Positions 44,781 through 55,138 of a DNA stretch of 64,000 nt are shown piece after piece; position 1 is the stretch's first letter; each line of letters starts with the position of its first letter. The notes under the pieces were generated by a model. The model did not search any database and was not told the origin of the DNA. It was given only the letters and a program-made list of their open reading frames with translations. This stretch comes from an uncultured Gemmatimonadales bacterium (GTDB lineage: Bacteria > Gemmatimonadota > Gemmatimonadetes > Gemmatimonadales > Gemmatimonadaceae): contig OY969695.1 of NCBI GenBank assembly GCA_963701965.1, positions 3,040,001-3,104,000 on the forward strand, in the 5' to 3' direction. Position numbers and translations under genes: made by a program.

Positions 44781-46013
44781 GGACCCCCGCCCCGCCAGGT
44801 CGGACACGGCGTCGATGGCCGTGTCGACTTCGGCCTCGGTGTTGTAGTAGTGCGGCGAGAGGCGCAGGCACCAGTCGACGTGCTTGTCGGTGAAATCGTA
44901 CTGCGCGAAGTCGTGGAAGCTGAGCGCCGAGTTGATGCGGCACGCGTCCATGGCCCGCTTGCACGGCTGCGCCTCCCAGCCGGCGACGTCGAAGGTGACG
45001 AGCGCCGCCGGGTCAGGACCGCGGTCCAAGACGCGCACGCCCGGGAGCGCGGCGAGGCCTTCACGCAGGCGTGCCGCGAGCCCCGTCGCGCGCGGGGCGA
45101 TCACGTCGAGTCCCACGCGCAAGGCGTAGCGCGCCGCCTCCGCGCAGCCGAGCACGGTGGCGTAGGGGAACTCCCATTCCTCGAACCGTGCCGCCGTCTC
45201 CACGGCAGCGTATTGCAGCGGCTCGACCCAGCGTGCCCCGTACATGTCGATGAACAGCGGCTCGTAGCCCGCGCGCAGCACGCGGTCGGCGACGTAGAGG
45301 AATCCCGAGCCGCGCGGACCGCGGAGGAACTTCCGGCAGGTGGCCGTGAGCAGGTCGCAGCCGATCGCCCGGACATTGATCGCGCGCTGGCCGAGCGACT
45401 GGCAGGCGTCGACAATGTAGAGCAGGTCGAGATCACGGCAGTGCCGCCCGATGTCTGCCACCGGCTGCACGAGGCCCGAGTTTGTGGGCACGTGCGTGAC
45501 GGCGACGAGCCGTGGCCGCCGGGCGCGCATGAGCGCCACCATCGCGTCGACATCGACGCCGGCGCCGTCAGGCAGGTCGGGCGCGTGCACCACGTCGACT
45601 CCGCTGCGCTTCCGGAGCGCGAGGAAAGCGATCTGGTTCGAGATGAAGTCGTTCCGCGTTGTCAGAATGACGTCGCCCGGCTGGAACGGGATCGCCGAGA
45701 GGGCCTTGGAGTAGGCGTCCGTTGCGCTGCCGGCGAACGCGATATTGCGCGGCGCGGCGCCGATGAGCGCCGCCGTCTGATCGTAGAAGCCGCGCACCGC
45801 TTCGGCGCGCGCCGCCGCGGCTTCGTAGCCGCCGATCCGCGCCTCCAGCTCGAGGTGATCGAGCATTGCTTGGAGGACGGGACGGGCGAGGAGGCCGCAG
45901 CCGGCGTTGTTGAGGTGCACCACTTCGGCACATCCGGGCGTGTCGGCCCGCAACGCGGCGACATTGAGAAGTGGTTCGCTTGTGCCGCCGATAGCGCTAT
46001 CGTATGTTGACAT
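44724..46013 (-). CDS. Class V PLP aminotransferase / cysteine-desulfurase-like; C-terminus reads into arm B
   Basis: HLNNAG, VDACQSLGQ, TCRKFLRGPRGSGFLYV, RLSPHYYNT; start may lie near 45970. Confidence 0.9.
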   Translation of the reverse strand: MSTYDSAIGGTSEPLLNVAALRADTPGCAEVVHLNNAGCGLLARPVLQAMLDHLELEARIGGYEAAAARAEAVRGFYDQTAALIGAAPRNIAFAGSATDAYSKALSAIPFQPGDVILTTRNDFISNQIAFLALRKRSGVDVVHAPDLPDGAGVDVDAMVALMRARRPRLVAVTHVPTNSGLVQPVADIGRHCRDLDLLYIVDACQSLGQRAINVRAIGCDLLTATCRKFLRGPRGSGFLYVADRVLRAGYEPLFIDMYGARWVEPLQYAAVETAARFEEWEFPYATVLGCAEAARYALRVGLDVIAPRATGLAARLREGLAALPGVRVLDRGPDPAALVTFDVAGWEAQPCKRAMDACRINSALSFHDFAQYDFTDKHVDWCLRLSPHYYNTEAEVDTAIDAVSDLAGRGSTGRGRVLRAPTRPRALEA

Positions 46014-46017
46014 ATAT

Positions 46018-47454
46018 ATGAGTAGCGTTATCGACACCCTCGTGTCAACCCTCCGCACCGAGATTGCCCGGCGCGCGCCCGGCGAACAGCTCCCGAGCAG
46101 CCGCGACCTCGTGCGCCGCCACGGGGTCGGCCCCGTGACCGTCGCCCGTGCGATGGCGCGGCTCGCCGCCGAGGGGGTGGTGGTCACGCGCCCTGGCAGC
46201 GGCACGTTCGTGGCGCCGCGCGGACTGCGCGCCGCCGGCGACACCATTGACACATCGTGGCAGGCGGTTGTGCTCGGCGACCGCAGTGTGGATGCGCGCG
46301 CAGTGATTGCGGCGTTTCGCCCGCCGCCCCCCGACGCCATCGCGCTCGCCAGCGGCTACTTGCACCCCTCACTCCAGGCGACGGGGGTTCTCAGTGCGGC
46401 GCTCGCTCGCGCTGCGCGCCGCCCAGACGCGTGGGACCGCGCGCCAGCGATGGGGCTCCCGCCGCTGCGCGCGCTGTTCGCCCGGTTCGTGGGAGGCGAC
46501 GTCACGCCGGATGATGTGTTGATCACGAGCAGCGGGCAGACCGCGCTTGCGACCGCCGTCCGGGCGCTCGCGGCCCCGGGCAGTCCGGTGGTTGTGGAGA
46601 CGCCAACGTACCCAGGCGCCATTGCCGTCATGCGGGCCGCCGGACTGCGCCCGGTTCCCGTGCCCATAGACGCGGACGGCATCCGTCCAGACCTGCTTGC
46701 TGAAGCGTTCGCGTCCAGCGGGGCCCGAGCACTCTACTGCCAGCCGACCTTCCACAATCCGACCGGCACTGTCCTCGCCGCCGAGCGGCGGACGGCGGTC
46801 CTCGACGTCGCACGCGCGTACGGCGCCTTCGTGATCGAGGACGACTTCGCCCGCTTCCTCGGCCATGGCGGTCGCGTACCGCGCCCGCTCATCGCCGAAG
46901 ATCGCGACGGCGCCGTCGTCTATCTGACCTCGCTCACGAAGCCGGCCGCGCCGAGTCTGCGCGTGGGGGCGCTGATCGCTCGCGGCCCGGTGATGGAACG
47001 GTTGCATGCCATGCGGCTCATCAACGACTTCTTCGTTGCGCGCCCGCTGCAAGAGGCGGCTGTCGAGCTGCTCGGCGCTCCCGCGTGGGAGCGACACATC
47101 CGCGCGCTCGGCGCCGAGCTCCGCGCGCGCTGCGCCGCGCTCGTCGCGGCCCTCGCGCGCGAGACGCCCGAGTGGACCGTGACCCGCGTTCCCACCGGTG
47201 GCCTGCACCTGTGGGTCCGACTTCCGCCAGCGGACGCGGAGGCCGCCGAGCGCGCCTCGGCGTCTGGCGTGGTGGTCGGCGCAGGTCGCGAGTTCTTCCC
47301 CGCCGAGGAACCGGGTCCTTACTTGCGCCTGAGCTTCGCTGCGGCGACCGATGTGGACGAACTCGCCGAGGCTGCGCATCGCTTCGCCGAGGCGCGTCTC
47401 GGGAGTCACTTCCCGTCCGCTGCGGCGAAGGGGAGGAAGAAGAGGGCCCAGTGA
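46018..47454 (+). CDS. GntR/MocR-family PLP-dependent transcriptional regulator
   Basis: PGEQLPSSRDL..TRPGSGTFV; VETPTYPG, PTFHNPTG, IEDD, SLTK..PSLRVG. Confidence 0.92.
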   Translation: MSSVIDTLVSTLRTEIARRAPGEQLPSSRDLVRRHGVGPVTVARAMARLAAEGVVVTRPGSGTFVAPRGLRAAGDTIDTSWQAVVLGDRSVDARAVIAAFRPPPPDAIALASGYLHPSLQATGVLSAALARAARRPDAWDRAPAMGLPPLRALFARFVGGDVTPDDVLITSSGQTALATAVRALAAPGSPVVVETPTYPGAIAVMRAAGLRPVPVPIDADGIRPDLLAEAFASSGARALYCQPTFHNPTGTVLAAERRTAVLDVARAYGAFVIEDDFARFLGHGGRVPRPLIAEDRDGAVVYLTSLTKPAAPSLRVGALIARGPVMERLHAMRLINDFFVARPLQEAAVELLGAPAWERHIRALGAELRARCAALVAALARETPEWTVTRVPTGGLHLWVRLPPADAEAAERASASGVVVGAGREFFPAEEPGPYLRLSFAAATDVDELAEAAHRFAEARLGSHFPSAAAKGRKKRAQ

Positions 47455-48116
47455 GAGCCGCGGGCGACGGGGCGCGCCCGTGCCTCGCGTCAAATGACGC
47501 GGCGAGGACGATGCCGTTGACCAAATGAACGTGGTCGTCCCGAAACAGCACGCCATTTTCTGCCACCTCTCGCGCGAGCTCGCGGAGGACGGTGTCATGT
47601 ACAACGCCGTTTCGGGGCCGTACGTGCCTCACGATTCTATTTACAGGACGACGCTAGACGGTCCGTCGGCGAACTCCGCAACGAGCTAAGTCCCGGCCCA
47701 ATCGTAAGGGGGCCAAAATGGCGAGCAGTCGCGAGGGCCGGTGGAGCGTGCTACAACTCTGTTTTGCTACCACTGCAAGCAGTCTATTGTGGTCATAGAG
47801 GAATGATGGGTTAGCGGCCGACAATGGCGTGAAGCGGAGATCGGCGGAGACCTAACGTGGCGGGGAATATTTTGGTGGCTGCGTCCGGCGACGCAGATGT
47901 CTACCGACGTTCCCGGGGTCGATTAGCGCATGTCTGGTAGAAGCAGGACGTAGCACTTGGGCAAACTGCCCGTGAGCCGCGGCCGTCATGGCGCGCGCCT
48001 GAACGCGCGCCCCTTGATGCCCCGTGTCTTATACGCGGTATGCGATTGGGGTAGGCCGACAAAGCCCGACAGTGGCCCAGAGGAAATCGAGTTATCAACA
48101 TCGTAGATTCGTCGTA

Positions 48117-48835
48117 ATGGTCACATATAAATCCCCGGTTCTCTCGGGCTGCGGCCGGTGGTTGGAAGTTGACCTCTGTATTCCCCATCAGACGGTCGGC
48201 TGGACAGTAATCGGAGGCGGTCAACGTCAAGCACAGCGCGTTTTCTGGCACAGCGTCGGCGGCGAGGATTTGGGGCTGGGGGTGGATGCGAGGCAGCTGT
48301 TCGAAGACCGGCGCCGGCAGCGAGCCGGGGATGTCGAGGGTGTGGGCTTTCTAACAGGTTGTGTACTAGCAGAGTTCGTCGAAAGACAATGCCATCGTGG
48401 TCCGTTGTCGGCGAGGTGCATAGCCACTGTGGGATTGAGGAACGCACTCAGGATTGGTAATCCGCCAAGTCCGGACGCGATCTCTCCAAGTACGATCAAC
48501 ATTCTCTTGCAGACTTCCTGTCCACTAGTGAGTGTGCTTCGTTGGAGACCTTGTCGCTCGTGGCAGAGGCTCGAACCTTAGCGATGTTAGAGGGACAGGT
48601 TCCGAGCGCAGTGGATTCCTCGTTCGCGACGGGCACCGGAACAGATTGCATTGTTGTTGCTTCCCCTCTGCCCTCGAGCAGCGGACCCGGACGTTCCTTC
48701 GCGGGCAAACACACAGTGATTGGCCATCTCATTGGTTCTTGCGTCTACGAGGCGGTAACTCAGGGGATTCGGCAGCCCTCAGCAGGGAGTGGGCACGGCC
48801 TGAGCGGAGCGGCCCTCACGGCACCTCACCCTTGA
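48117..48835 (+). pseudogene. cbiZ: Adenosylcobinamide amidohydrolase CbiZ-like, frameshifted
   Basis: GFLTG, ATVGLRNA, STINIL, AEART, ATGTGTDCIVV, AGKHT.IG. Confidence 0.75.
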
Positions 48836-49486
48836 CGCACTGTTCCGGCGTTTTGATCCCGCCAACCACATAGGACACCGACGAACCGCGTGAGCTGGGT
48901 GCAGAGCATCGGGACGCTGTGGCATTGTCGGACAGAACAACCTTGCGGCGACTGGCACTGACGCGGTTACCCGCCGGCCGTGGCGATGACGAAGATGTAG
49001 TCCCCAACATCATCACGAGCCTCTGCCACGACACGATCGATGCGTCCCGACGCGAGATCCGCTTCGAGCCGAGCGAGTCCCGACGCCAACTCTTGGGCGT
49101 GTAGGCGATCACGCAGGGGTTGGTGCGTGCGTCGATGGTCTTCTCGCCAATCGCCGGCTCCGGCCACACAAGCGACAGACCGGTCTGCGTCATCCGCGAC
49201 CAAACTCGGGCGTGCGGTGACGCCACTGGGAAGGGCAGGCGACCACTTACCGTATCGTCCACAGCGCGCTCCATCGTCGAAGGAGGCCGAGCATAACGAC
49301 TTCTTCGTGCGCGATGTATGGGCGAATCGACACGGTGATCGCGTCGGTATCGCCGAACGAACTTCGAGGCGGCTCAACTTGTAATGAGTCCAATCGACGT
49401 GAATCTCAACGGTTGCGGGAATATCGTGGAAGGTTTGCATCGCTGTCCACTGCCGATTACGCGCAAGTCAGTCCGCCCCGATGTTG

Positions 49487-49928
49487 TCAGTGGTGATGCG
49501 GGTGGTCATTGTCGTGCGTCTGCCAGGGACCCACCGCCGTGCCGATGATAATCGTATCCACGTCGGCGCCCATTGTATGCTCCACATTGGCAGGCACGAA
49601 GACGTAGCTCCCGACCGGGTAAATCGTTGATTCCGTTTTGTCAGGACTCGGTCCCACAGCAAGCCTCAGCCCCCCGGAGATCACCGCCACGTGGGCGTCC
49701 TGATTGTGCGAGTGGGCGTAGTGGTCCCAGGATCCGGCGGGAATGAATGCGGCGTAAGTGAACTCCTTGCCGGGCGCATTCTTGTCACCTTCCAGAACTG
49801 AATACTTCGATCCGTCCGGAAAAGTGTGCTGCCAAGTGATGTTCTTGGCATCCCAGGACTTTAGTGTCGGACTGCGCTAGAGCGGACGACGAGGCAAGTA
49901 CCACACACACTGCCAGGGCGATCTTCAT
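49487..49928 (-). pseudogene. Secreted cupin-domain protein, frameshift after the signal peptide
   Basis: MKIALAVCVVLASSSALA; HSHNQDAHVAVISG; GSYVFVPANVEH. Confidence 0.7.
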
Positions 49929-50419
49929 AAATCCTCGCTGAAGTTACATGATGTCGTGATTCCGACTGGCAGAATCACGCGCAGTCAACGTAAGTCAAGC
50001 GGGATGGAGTCACCATCCGATTCTTGCGCTCAAAGTGTTGTGTTCCTCGCGCCTACTCGTGACCCGCTCCCGCCACGCGCCAGTCGTGACGTGGCTTCCT
50101 CAAGTCTGCACGATCCTGAGCGAATCGAGCTTGACGTGCGACCCAATCGTTGCCGGTGGAGTCCTGGCTGAAAACTGCTGGAGAATTCCTCTTGTTCATT
50201 CTCTTGTATCGGTCTTCTCGCCTGGCTTCAAAAACGAGGCGTCGTTCAGGTACCTGTCGCGATGGACGGCACCGACGCTCGCTCTTGACAGCGCTGGCGG
50301 GGCACCGCGCCTTCGCACTTCAGTCCCGTGAGGCCGAGGGCAAGGTGTCGCGCGACGCCGATGCAGCGGCTGAGCCTGCGTTACGGAATCGGGTCCTTTT
50401 CAGCGCTTAGGACTATACC

Positions 50420-50598
50420 CCGCCCCAGTTTGTAATACTCACTACGTCACTGAGTTAGAAGGGACGCGATCGCCGCCGAGCAATTCTTCGTCCGCGACTT
50501 CCAACGGCACCCGTCGCGACGCCAACGGCACCTGAAGCCACAGAACCGCGAAATGCCGCCTCAACGTGTCTGATCGCCCGGTGTACGAACGGCGATCG
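50420..50598 (+). repeat. att 3' stub (ccgccccagtttgtaat) plus right arm type A, copy 4
   Basis: Only the last ~9 nt of the tRNA remain; caacggcacc at 50502 and 50523; cgcctcaacgtgtctgatcgcccggtg. Confidence 0.85.
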
Positions 50599-50707
50599 CC
50601 TGCGCCAACACAACCGCGGGGTCGGGTCTAACTCGTCGCCCGGCGTGCGGTCAGGCGTGCTGCAGTCTGTTGTGATCGGGGACGCATAGAGACAGGAGAC
50701 CATCACC

Positions 50708-51100
50708 ATGACCGCCAACGCTCGCCCGCTCGATTTCACCAAGCCGCACGTGCTGCGCAACGCGATGGAGCATCGCGCCGCCGTTCGCGAGATCGACACG
50801 CTCCTCGACCGCGATTCCCGGCGCAGCAGCGACGAGTAGGACCGACCGAAGTTTCTGTCGGTTCTCGTCCAGCGTACGAGGACGAGCATTTCCCGTGGGA
50901 GGAGCTGGAGCGCAGCGGCACGCCGCAAAGCGCGGTCGCGTTCGTGCTGGAGCAACGCGGAATGACGCGCGCGGAGCTCGCGTCGCTCATGGGTGGACGC
51001 AGTCGCGTGTCCGAGCTCTCGCCGGCAAGGTCAGTCTATCCTTGACGCAGGTTCGGACACTCAGCGCCGACCTTGCGCCCGGCCAGCGCCGCATGACCCG
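50708..51100 (+). pseudogene. HigA-like HTH antitoxin remnant
   Basis: HRAAVREIDTLLD..(stop)..YEDEHFP..LEQRGMTRAELASLMGGRSRVSE. Confidence 0.7.
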
Positions 51101-51195
51101 GCTGCGTGATGGCCAGCCGGGACGATCCATTGGAAAGAATGATGATCTGGAAATGTAGACTTGACTTTGCTGTCGGCAGACGACAACAATAAGAC

Positions 51196-51525
51196 ATGAG
51201 TCCTGACGACCGGCTCCAAGGCACGCTGGACCTGCTCATCCTGCGCACGCTGGCTGGTGAGCCACTGCACGGGTGGGCGATCTCGCGGCGGATCCGCGAG
51301 CGGTCCGGCGATGTCCTCCAAGTGAACCAAGGGTCACTGTACCCTGCGCTGCACCGGCTAGAGAGCGAGGGCTGGTTGGCAGCCGAATGGTTGGTTGCCG
51401 AGTCCGGGCGCCGGGCAAAAGTGTATAAACTGACGCCGCCGGGACGCCGTGCGTGCGAGCGTGAAGAACGGGGCTGGCTCGCTTTCGTCGCCGCGGTCAC
51501 GCAGGTGCTCCAACCGGCGTTATGA
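51196..51525 (+). CDS. PadR-family regulator (acidobacterial type)
   Basis: LQGTLDLLILRTL..HGWAI..QGSLYPALHRLE. Confidence 0.93.
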   Translation: MSPDDRLQGTLDLLILRTLAGEPLHGWAISRRIRERSGDVLQVNQGSLYPALHRLESEGWLAAEWLVAESGRRAKVYKLTPPGRRACEREERGWLAFVAAVTQVLQPAL

Positions 51526-54077
51526 GTCTGCTGCGTCGCGTTCGTGCCGTACTCTTCCGCCCCGCCGCCGAGCGCGATCTCGATGACGAGATCCAGCTGC
51601 ATCTCACGCTCGAAGCCGAGCAGTTGCAGCAGCAAGGTCTCGATCCCCGCACGGCGGCGGCGACGGCGCGACGGAGGTTCGGCCGGGTCGAGGCCGTGAA
51701 AGAGGCGCTCCGCGCGATCCGCGGCGTCGAACCGATCGAGGATCTGCGCCGCGATCTGGCGTTCGCCGCACGCGCACTCCGCCGGCGCCCCGGATTTGCG
51801 CTGGTCGTCCTGCTGACGCTCGTGATCGGCCTGGCCAGCGCCACAACGATCTTCGGTGTCGTCTACGGCGTACTCTGGTCGCCGCTCCCCTATAGCGACG
51901 CGGACCGCATTGTCACGGTCTATCAGACCAATCACACGCAGGGCGTCGAGTACGCTCCGGTCTCGCTGCCCAACTATCTCGACTGGAAAGCGCGCTCGCG
52001 CGCCTTCTCGGCGCTCGCCGTCGCCGAGCGGTTCGGCGTACGCTACAGCGCGCCCGATGGCCCCGAGCGCTTCGCGGCGTGGCGCGTGACCGCGGGATTC
52101 TTCGGTGCGCTCCGCGCACGGCCACTCCTCGGCCGCACGTTCTCCGCTGACGAATTTCAGCCCGGGCGCGCGCCGGTGGCGGTGTTGGACTACGATCTCT
52201 GGCGCACCCGGTTCAATGCCGACTCCAGCCTCGTCGGCAAGACGCTCATCCTGGCTGACCCGCCGGTGCAAGTCATTGGCGTTATGCCGCCGTCGGTTCA
52301 CCTTCCGGGGCCAGGGATGTGGCTTCCAAAGATTCCCGGGCCAGACGAGCTCTTGTGGCGCGGCGCGGCCTACTATGCCGCCATCGGACGCCTCGCGCCT
52401 GGCGTCTCGCTGGATCGGGCGCGCGAAGACATGCGCCGCGTCGCGGCGGATCTCGCGCGCGAGTACCCGGACGTCGATCGCGATGTCGGCGTCTCGCTCG
52501 TGCCGCTGCGCGACAGTCTCGTCGGCCACGTCCGTGGCCGGCTGTTGCTGCTCTTCGTCTCGGTCGGACTGCTGCTCCTCCTGACCGGCGCGAACCTCAC
52601 GGCGCTCCTGCTGTCTCGCGCCGTCGAACGCGAGAGCGAGCTCCGCATCCGCGTCGCGCTCGGCGCCGGCCGCGGGCGCATTGCGCGGCAGCTGTTCGCC
52701 GAGCACGCGCTCCTCGCCGGACTTGGCTGGGCACTGAGCATCGTACTGACGTTCTTCGCGCTACGAGGCATCCGCGCGCTCGGCGCCGGTCTCTTGCCGC
52801 GCGCCGACGAGCTCCACGTCGGCCTGCCGGCGGCGCTCTTTGCTGGTGTCGTCGTGCTCGGCCTCGGGCTCATGCCGACGCGAACCCCGAGACGGGGACG
52901 GAGCCTGCAGCGCGTGCTCGTTGTCGGCGAGGTCTCGCTGGCGCTCGTACTGGTGATCGGTGCGGGGCTTTTCGTGAAGAGCGTCCGCGCGCTACTCAAC
53001 GTCGACCCGGGATTCCGGTCGACGAATATCCTGGCTGTCACCTTCCAGACGGAACATCTCTACCCCGCCGACTCCACGCGTGCGACGTTCGTGCGCACGC
53101 TCCAGGATCGTCTGGCTGCGATCCCCGGCGTCAAGCATGCCGGCATGACCACGTCGCTGCCATTCGGCGGCACGATCGGACCGGACGAGGCGACGTTCGA
53201 AATTCGCGGACGGCCGCTCAGCTCGAGCCGCGCGCGGCCCAGCGCGCATACGGCAGCCATCACGCCCGGGTTCTTCGATGTGCTGCACATTCCCGTCGAA
53301 CGCGGCCGCGCGTTCGTGGCGACCGACGACCGGAACCACCCACGCGTCGCGATCGTCAACGCGGCGTTGGCGCGGCAATATTGGGGGACCGAGGACCCGG
53401 TCGGCCAATGGCTGAACGTGGCGTTCGACACCGATTCCAGCATGCGTCAGATCGTGGGCGTCGTCGGCGACATCCACGATATGGGCCTCGACCAGCCCCC
53501 GCTTCCGATGCTCTATCTCCCGTACGCGCAGACACCGACCGGTGGCGTCACCTTCGTACTGCAGACGTCCGTGACTCCGCGGTCGTTGCTGCGCCCGGTG
53601 CGCCGCGAGCTCGCCGCGTTGAACGGCGCCATGCCGATCGTATCGGCGACGACACTCGACGACCTCCTCGCCGCGTCGACCCGCGCCCCGCGCGTCGTGC
53701 TTACCGTACTCGGGATGTTCGCGGGACTCGCACTGGCGCTGGCCGCCGTAGGCATATTCGGCGTCATGAGCCACCTCACGCGGGCGCGCACCAAAGAAGT
53801 CGGCATCCGGCTCGCACTCGGCGCCTCCTCCCGCGGCATCCTCGGCCTCATCCTCGGCGAAGCGGTCGGGCTCGCCGGAATCGGCGCAGCGATTGGTATC
53901 GTCGCGGCTGCGATCGCGAGCCGATCCGTTACGGCTCTGCTGTACGCAGTGTCTCCGCTCGACCCCACGACGCTCGCGGCCGGTGTGACATTGCTTATGG
54001 CCGTCGCCGGCGTCGCGGCGTATGTCCCGGCGCGCCGCGCTGCGGCCGTGGACGCGGTGCGCGCGCTCAGAGATTAG
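51522..54077 (+). CDS. ADOP/MacB-type ABC permease 3, intact
   Basis: LDDEIQLHL..ARRRFG, DLAFAARALRRRPGF, two FtsX halves, TKEVGIRLALGA. Confidence 0.93.
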   Translation: MSLLRRVRAVLFRPAAERDLDDEIQLHLTLEAEQLQQQGLDPRTAAATARRRFGRVEAVKEALRAIRGVEPIEDLRRDLAFAARALRRRPGFALVVLLTLVIGLASATTIFGVVYGVLWSPLPYSDADRIVTVYQTNHTQGVEYAPVSLPNYLDWKARSRAFSALAVAERFGVRYSAPDGPERFAAWRVTAGFFGALRARPLLGRTFSADEFQPGRAPVAVLDYDLWRTRFNADSSLVGKTLILADPPVQVIGVMPPSVHLPGPGMWLPKIPGPDELLWRGAAYYAAIGRLAPGVSLDRAREDMRRVAADLAREYPDVDRDVGVSLVPLRDSLVGHVRGRLLLLFVSVGLLLLLTGANLTALLLSRAVERESELRIRVALGAGRGRIARQLFAEHALLAGLGWALSIVLTFFALRGIRALGAGLLPRADELHVGLPAALFAGVVVLGLGLMPTRTPRRGRSLQRVLVVGEVSLALVLVIGAGLFVKSVRALLNVDPGFRSTNILAVTFQTEHLYPADSTRATFVRTLQDRLAAIPGVKHAGMTTSLPFGGTIGPDEATFEIRGRPLSSSRARPSAHTAAITPGFFDVLHIPVERGRAFVATDDRNHPRVAIVNAALARQYWGTEDPVGQWLNVAFDTDSSMRQIVGVVGDIHDMGLDQPPLPMLYLPYAQTPTGGVTFVLQTSVTPRSLLRPVRRELAALNGAMPIVSATTLDDLLAASTRAPRVVLTVLGMFAGLALALAAVGIFGVMSHLTRARTKEVGIRLALGASSRGILGLILGEAVGLAGIGAAIGIVAAAIASRSVTALLYAVSPLDPTTLAAGVTLLMAVAGVAAYVPARRAAAVDAVRALRD

Positions 54078-54414
54078 AGATTAATTGGTCACGCGACTGG
54101 CGTCGCCTGGCCAATCAGCCTGTCGCCTTGCGGCGCCAGATCGCTCGAGTGCTGCTTGGATCATGCGGCGATTCATGAGCTCCGTCGGCTTCCGCTCCGA
54201 CGTGAAGATCGGGCACCAATCCCGCCAAGCATTCGCCGAAAGTGCACGACCTCCTCTTGAAGTCGTTCGGGCATGGGTACCACCCAATCCATGCCGCGTT
54301 TGTCGTGTTCTGCACGCACTACGTCCCGCAAACCGCCTTTACGCCCGTGTACCGCCAATCACCCGACCTGAATGTGATCGGCAAACGCTAACGGTGTGCT
54401 GGTGGGTTCAGCCG

Positions 54415-55131
54415 CTAACTGTCGAGCAAGATCCAACGGTCTGACGATCGATCGAAGTAGCGCCGGACGCGAGTGCCGTCCCATTCATAGACCAGGTGAG
54501 ACGTCTGCCGTGGAATCCCAACCACCGTTGGACGGAAAGCGCCAATACATCTCCCTCCGGAATGACGGACGCTCCAGTAATGCACGCCATTGCTTCCTTG
54601 CGATCGAAGGGCCGCCGCAAAAGGCTGCGACGCAGCGTACGAGTCAGGATCAAGGAGGGGTTTACTCGATCTTTCGTCGAGTTGTGCAACGTCGTGGAAA
54701 TGCGCGTCGATGCGACTGACTAAGACACGCATTTCTTCGCGACGTGGCCCGTCTGCCGAGTCGCGTGCGATCTGGCTGAAATGAAAAACCGTCTCTGTCA
54801 CCGCAGTAGGCAGGTTATGTGCCGCATAGTAAACGCCATATGAGCCGTCCGAGAATCGCGACCCCCATGGCTTGATGTGCGTAAAGGCGGCCATAACGAA
54901 AGTGGCGCCCGCTCCGCTGACACGTTGGTCAGGAGGAACTAGGTGAAGATTGCCCACCTGATCTCGGACACGAGGATTGACCAGCATTTCCGCGACAATC
55001 AACGCTTCCCACACCGAGGGATCCGGCGAAACGCGCTCGTACAGGTCGATGGGTGGGTACCGCGACGCGACGATTCTGGTTGCCGCGCTGAATCGGATCC
55101 TGCGTACTGGAACTGTCGAAGTCGGTGTCAC
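54415..55131 (-). CDS. RES-domain toxin
   Basis: RIVASRYPPIDLYE, SRFSDGSYGVYYAA, YWSVRH. Confidence 0.88.
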   Translation of the reverse strand: MTPTSTVPVRRIRFSAATRIVASRYPPIDLYERVSPDPSVWEALIVAEMLVNPRVRDQVGNLHLVPPDQRVSGAGATFVMAAFTHIKPWGSRFSDGSYGVYYAAHNLPTAVTETVFHFSQIARDSADGPRREEMRVLVSRIDAHFHDVAQLDERSSKPLLDPDSYAASQPFAAALRSQGSNGVHYWSVRHSGGRCIGAFRPTVVGIPRQTSHLVYEWDGTRVRRYFDRSSDRWILLDS

Positions 55132-55138
55132 GAACCAT

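Noticed and set aside
47700..48115. Cobalamin riboswitch upstream of cbiZ
   Set aside because: No recognisable B12-box motifs seen by eye; a covariance-model search would be needed.
48960..49440. Methyltransferase C-terminal and toxin-like fragments
   Set aside because: Only a short GLARLEADLASG..GDY resemblance; insufficient for a call.
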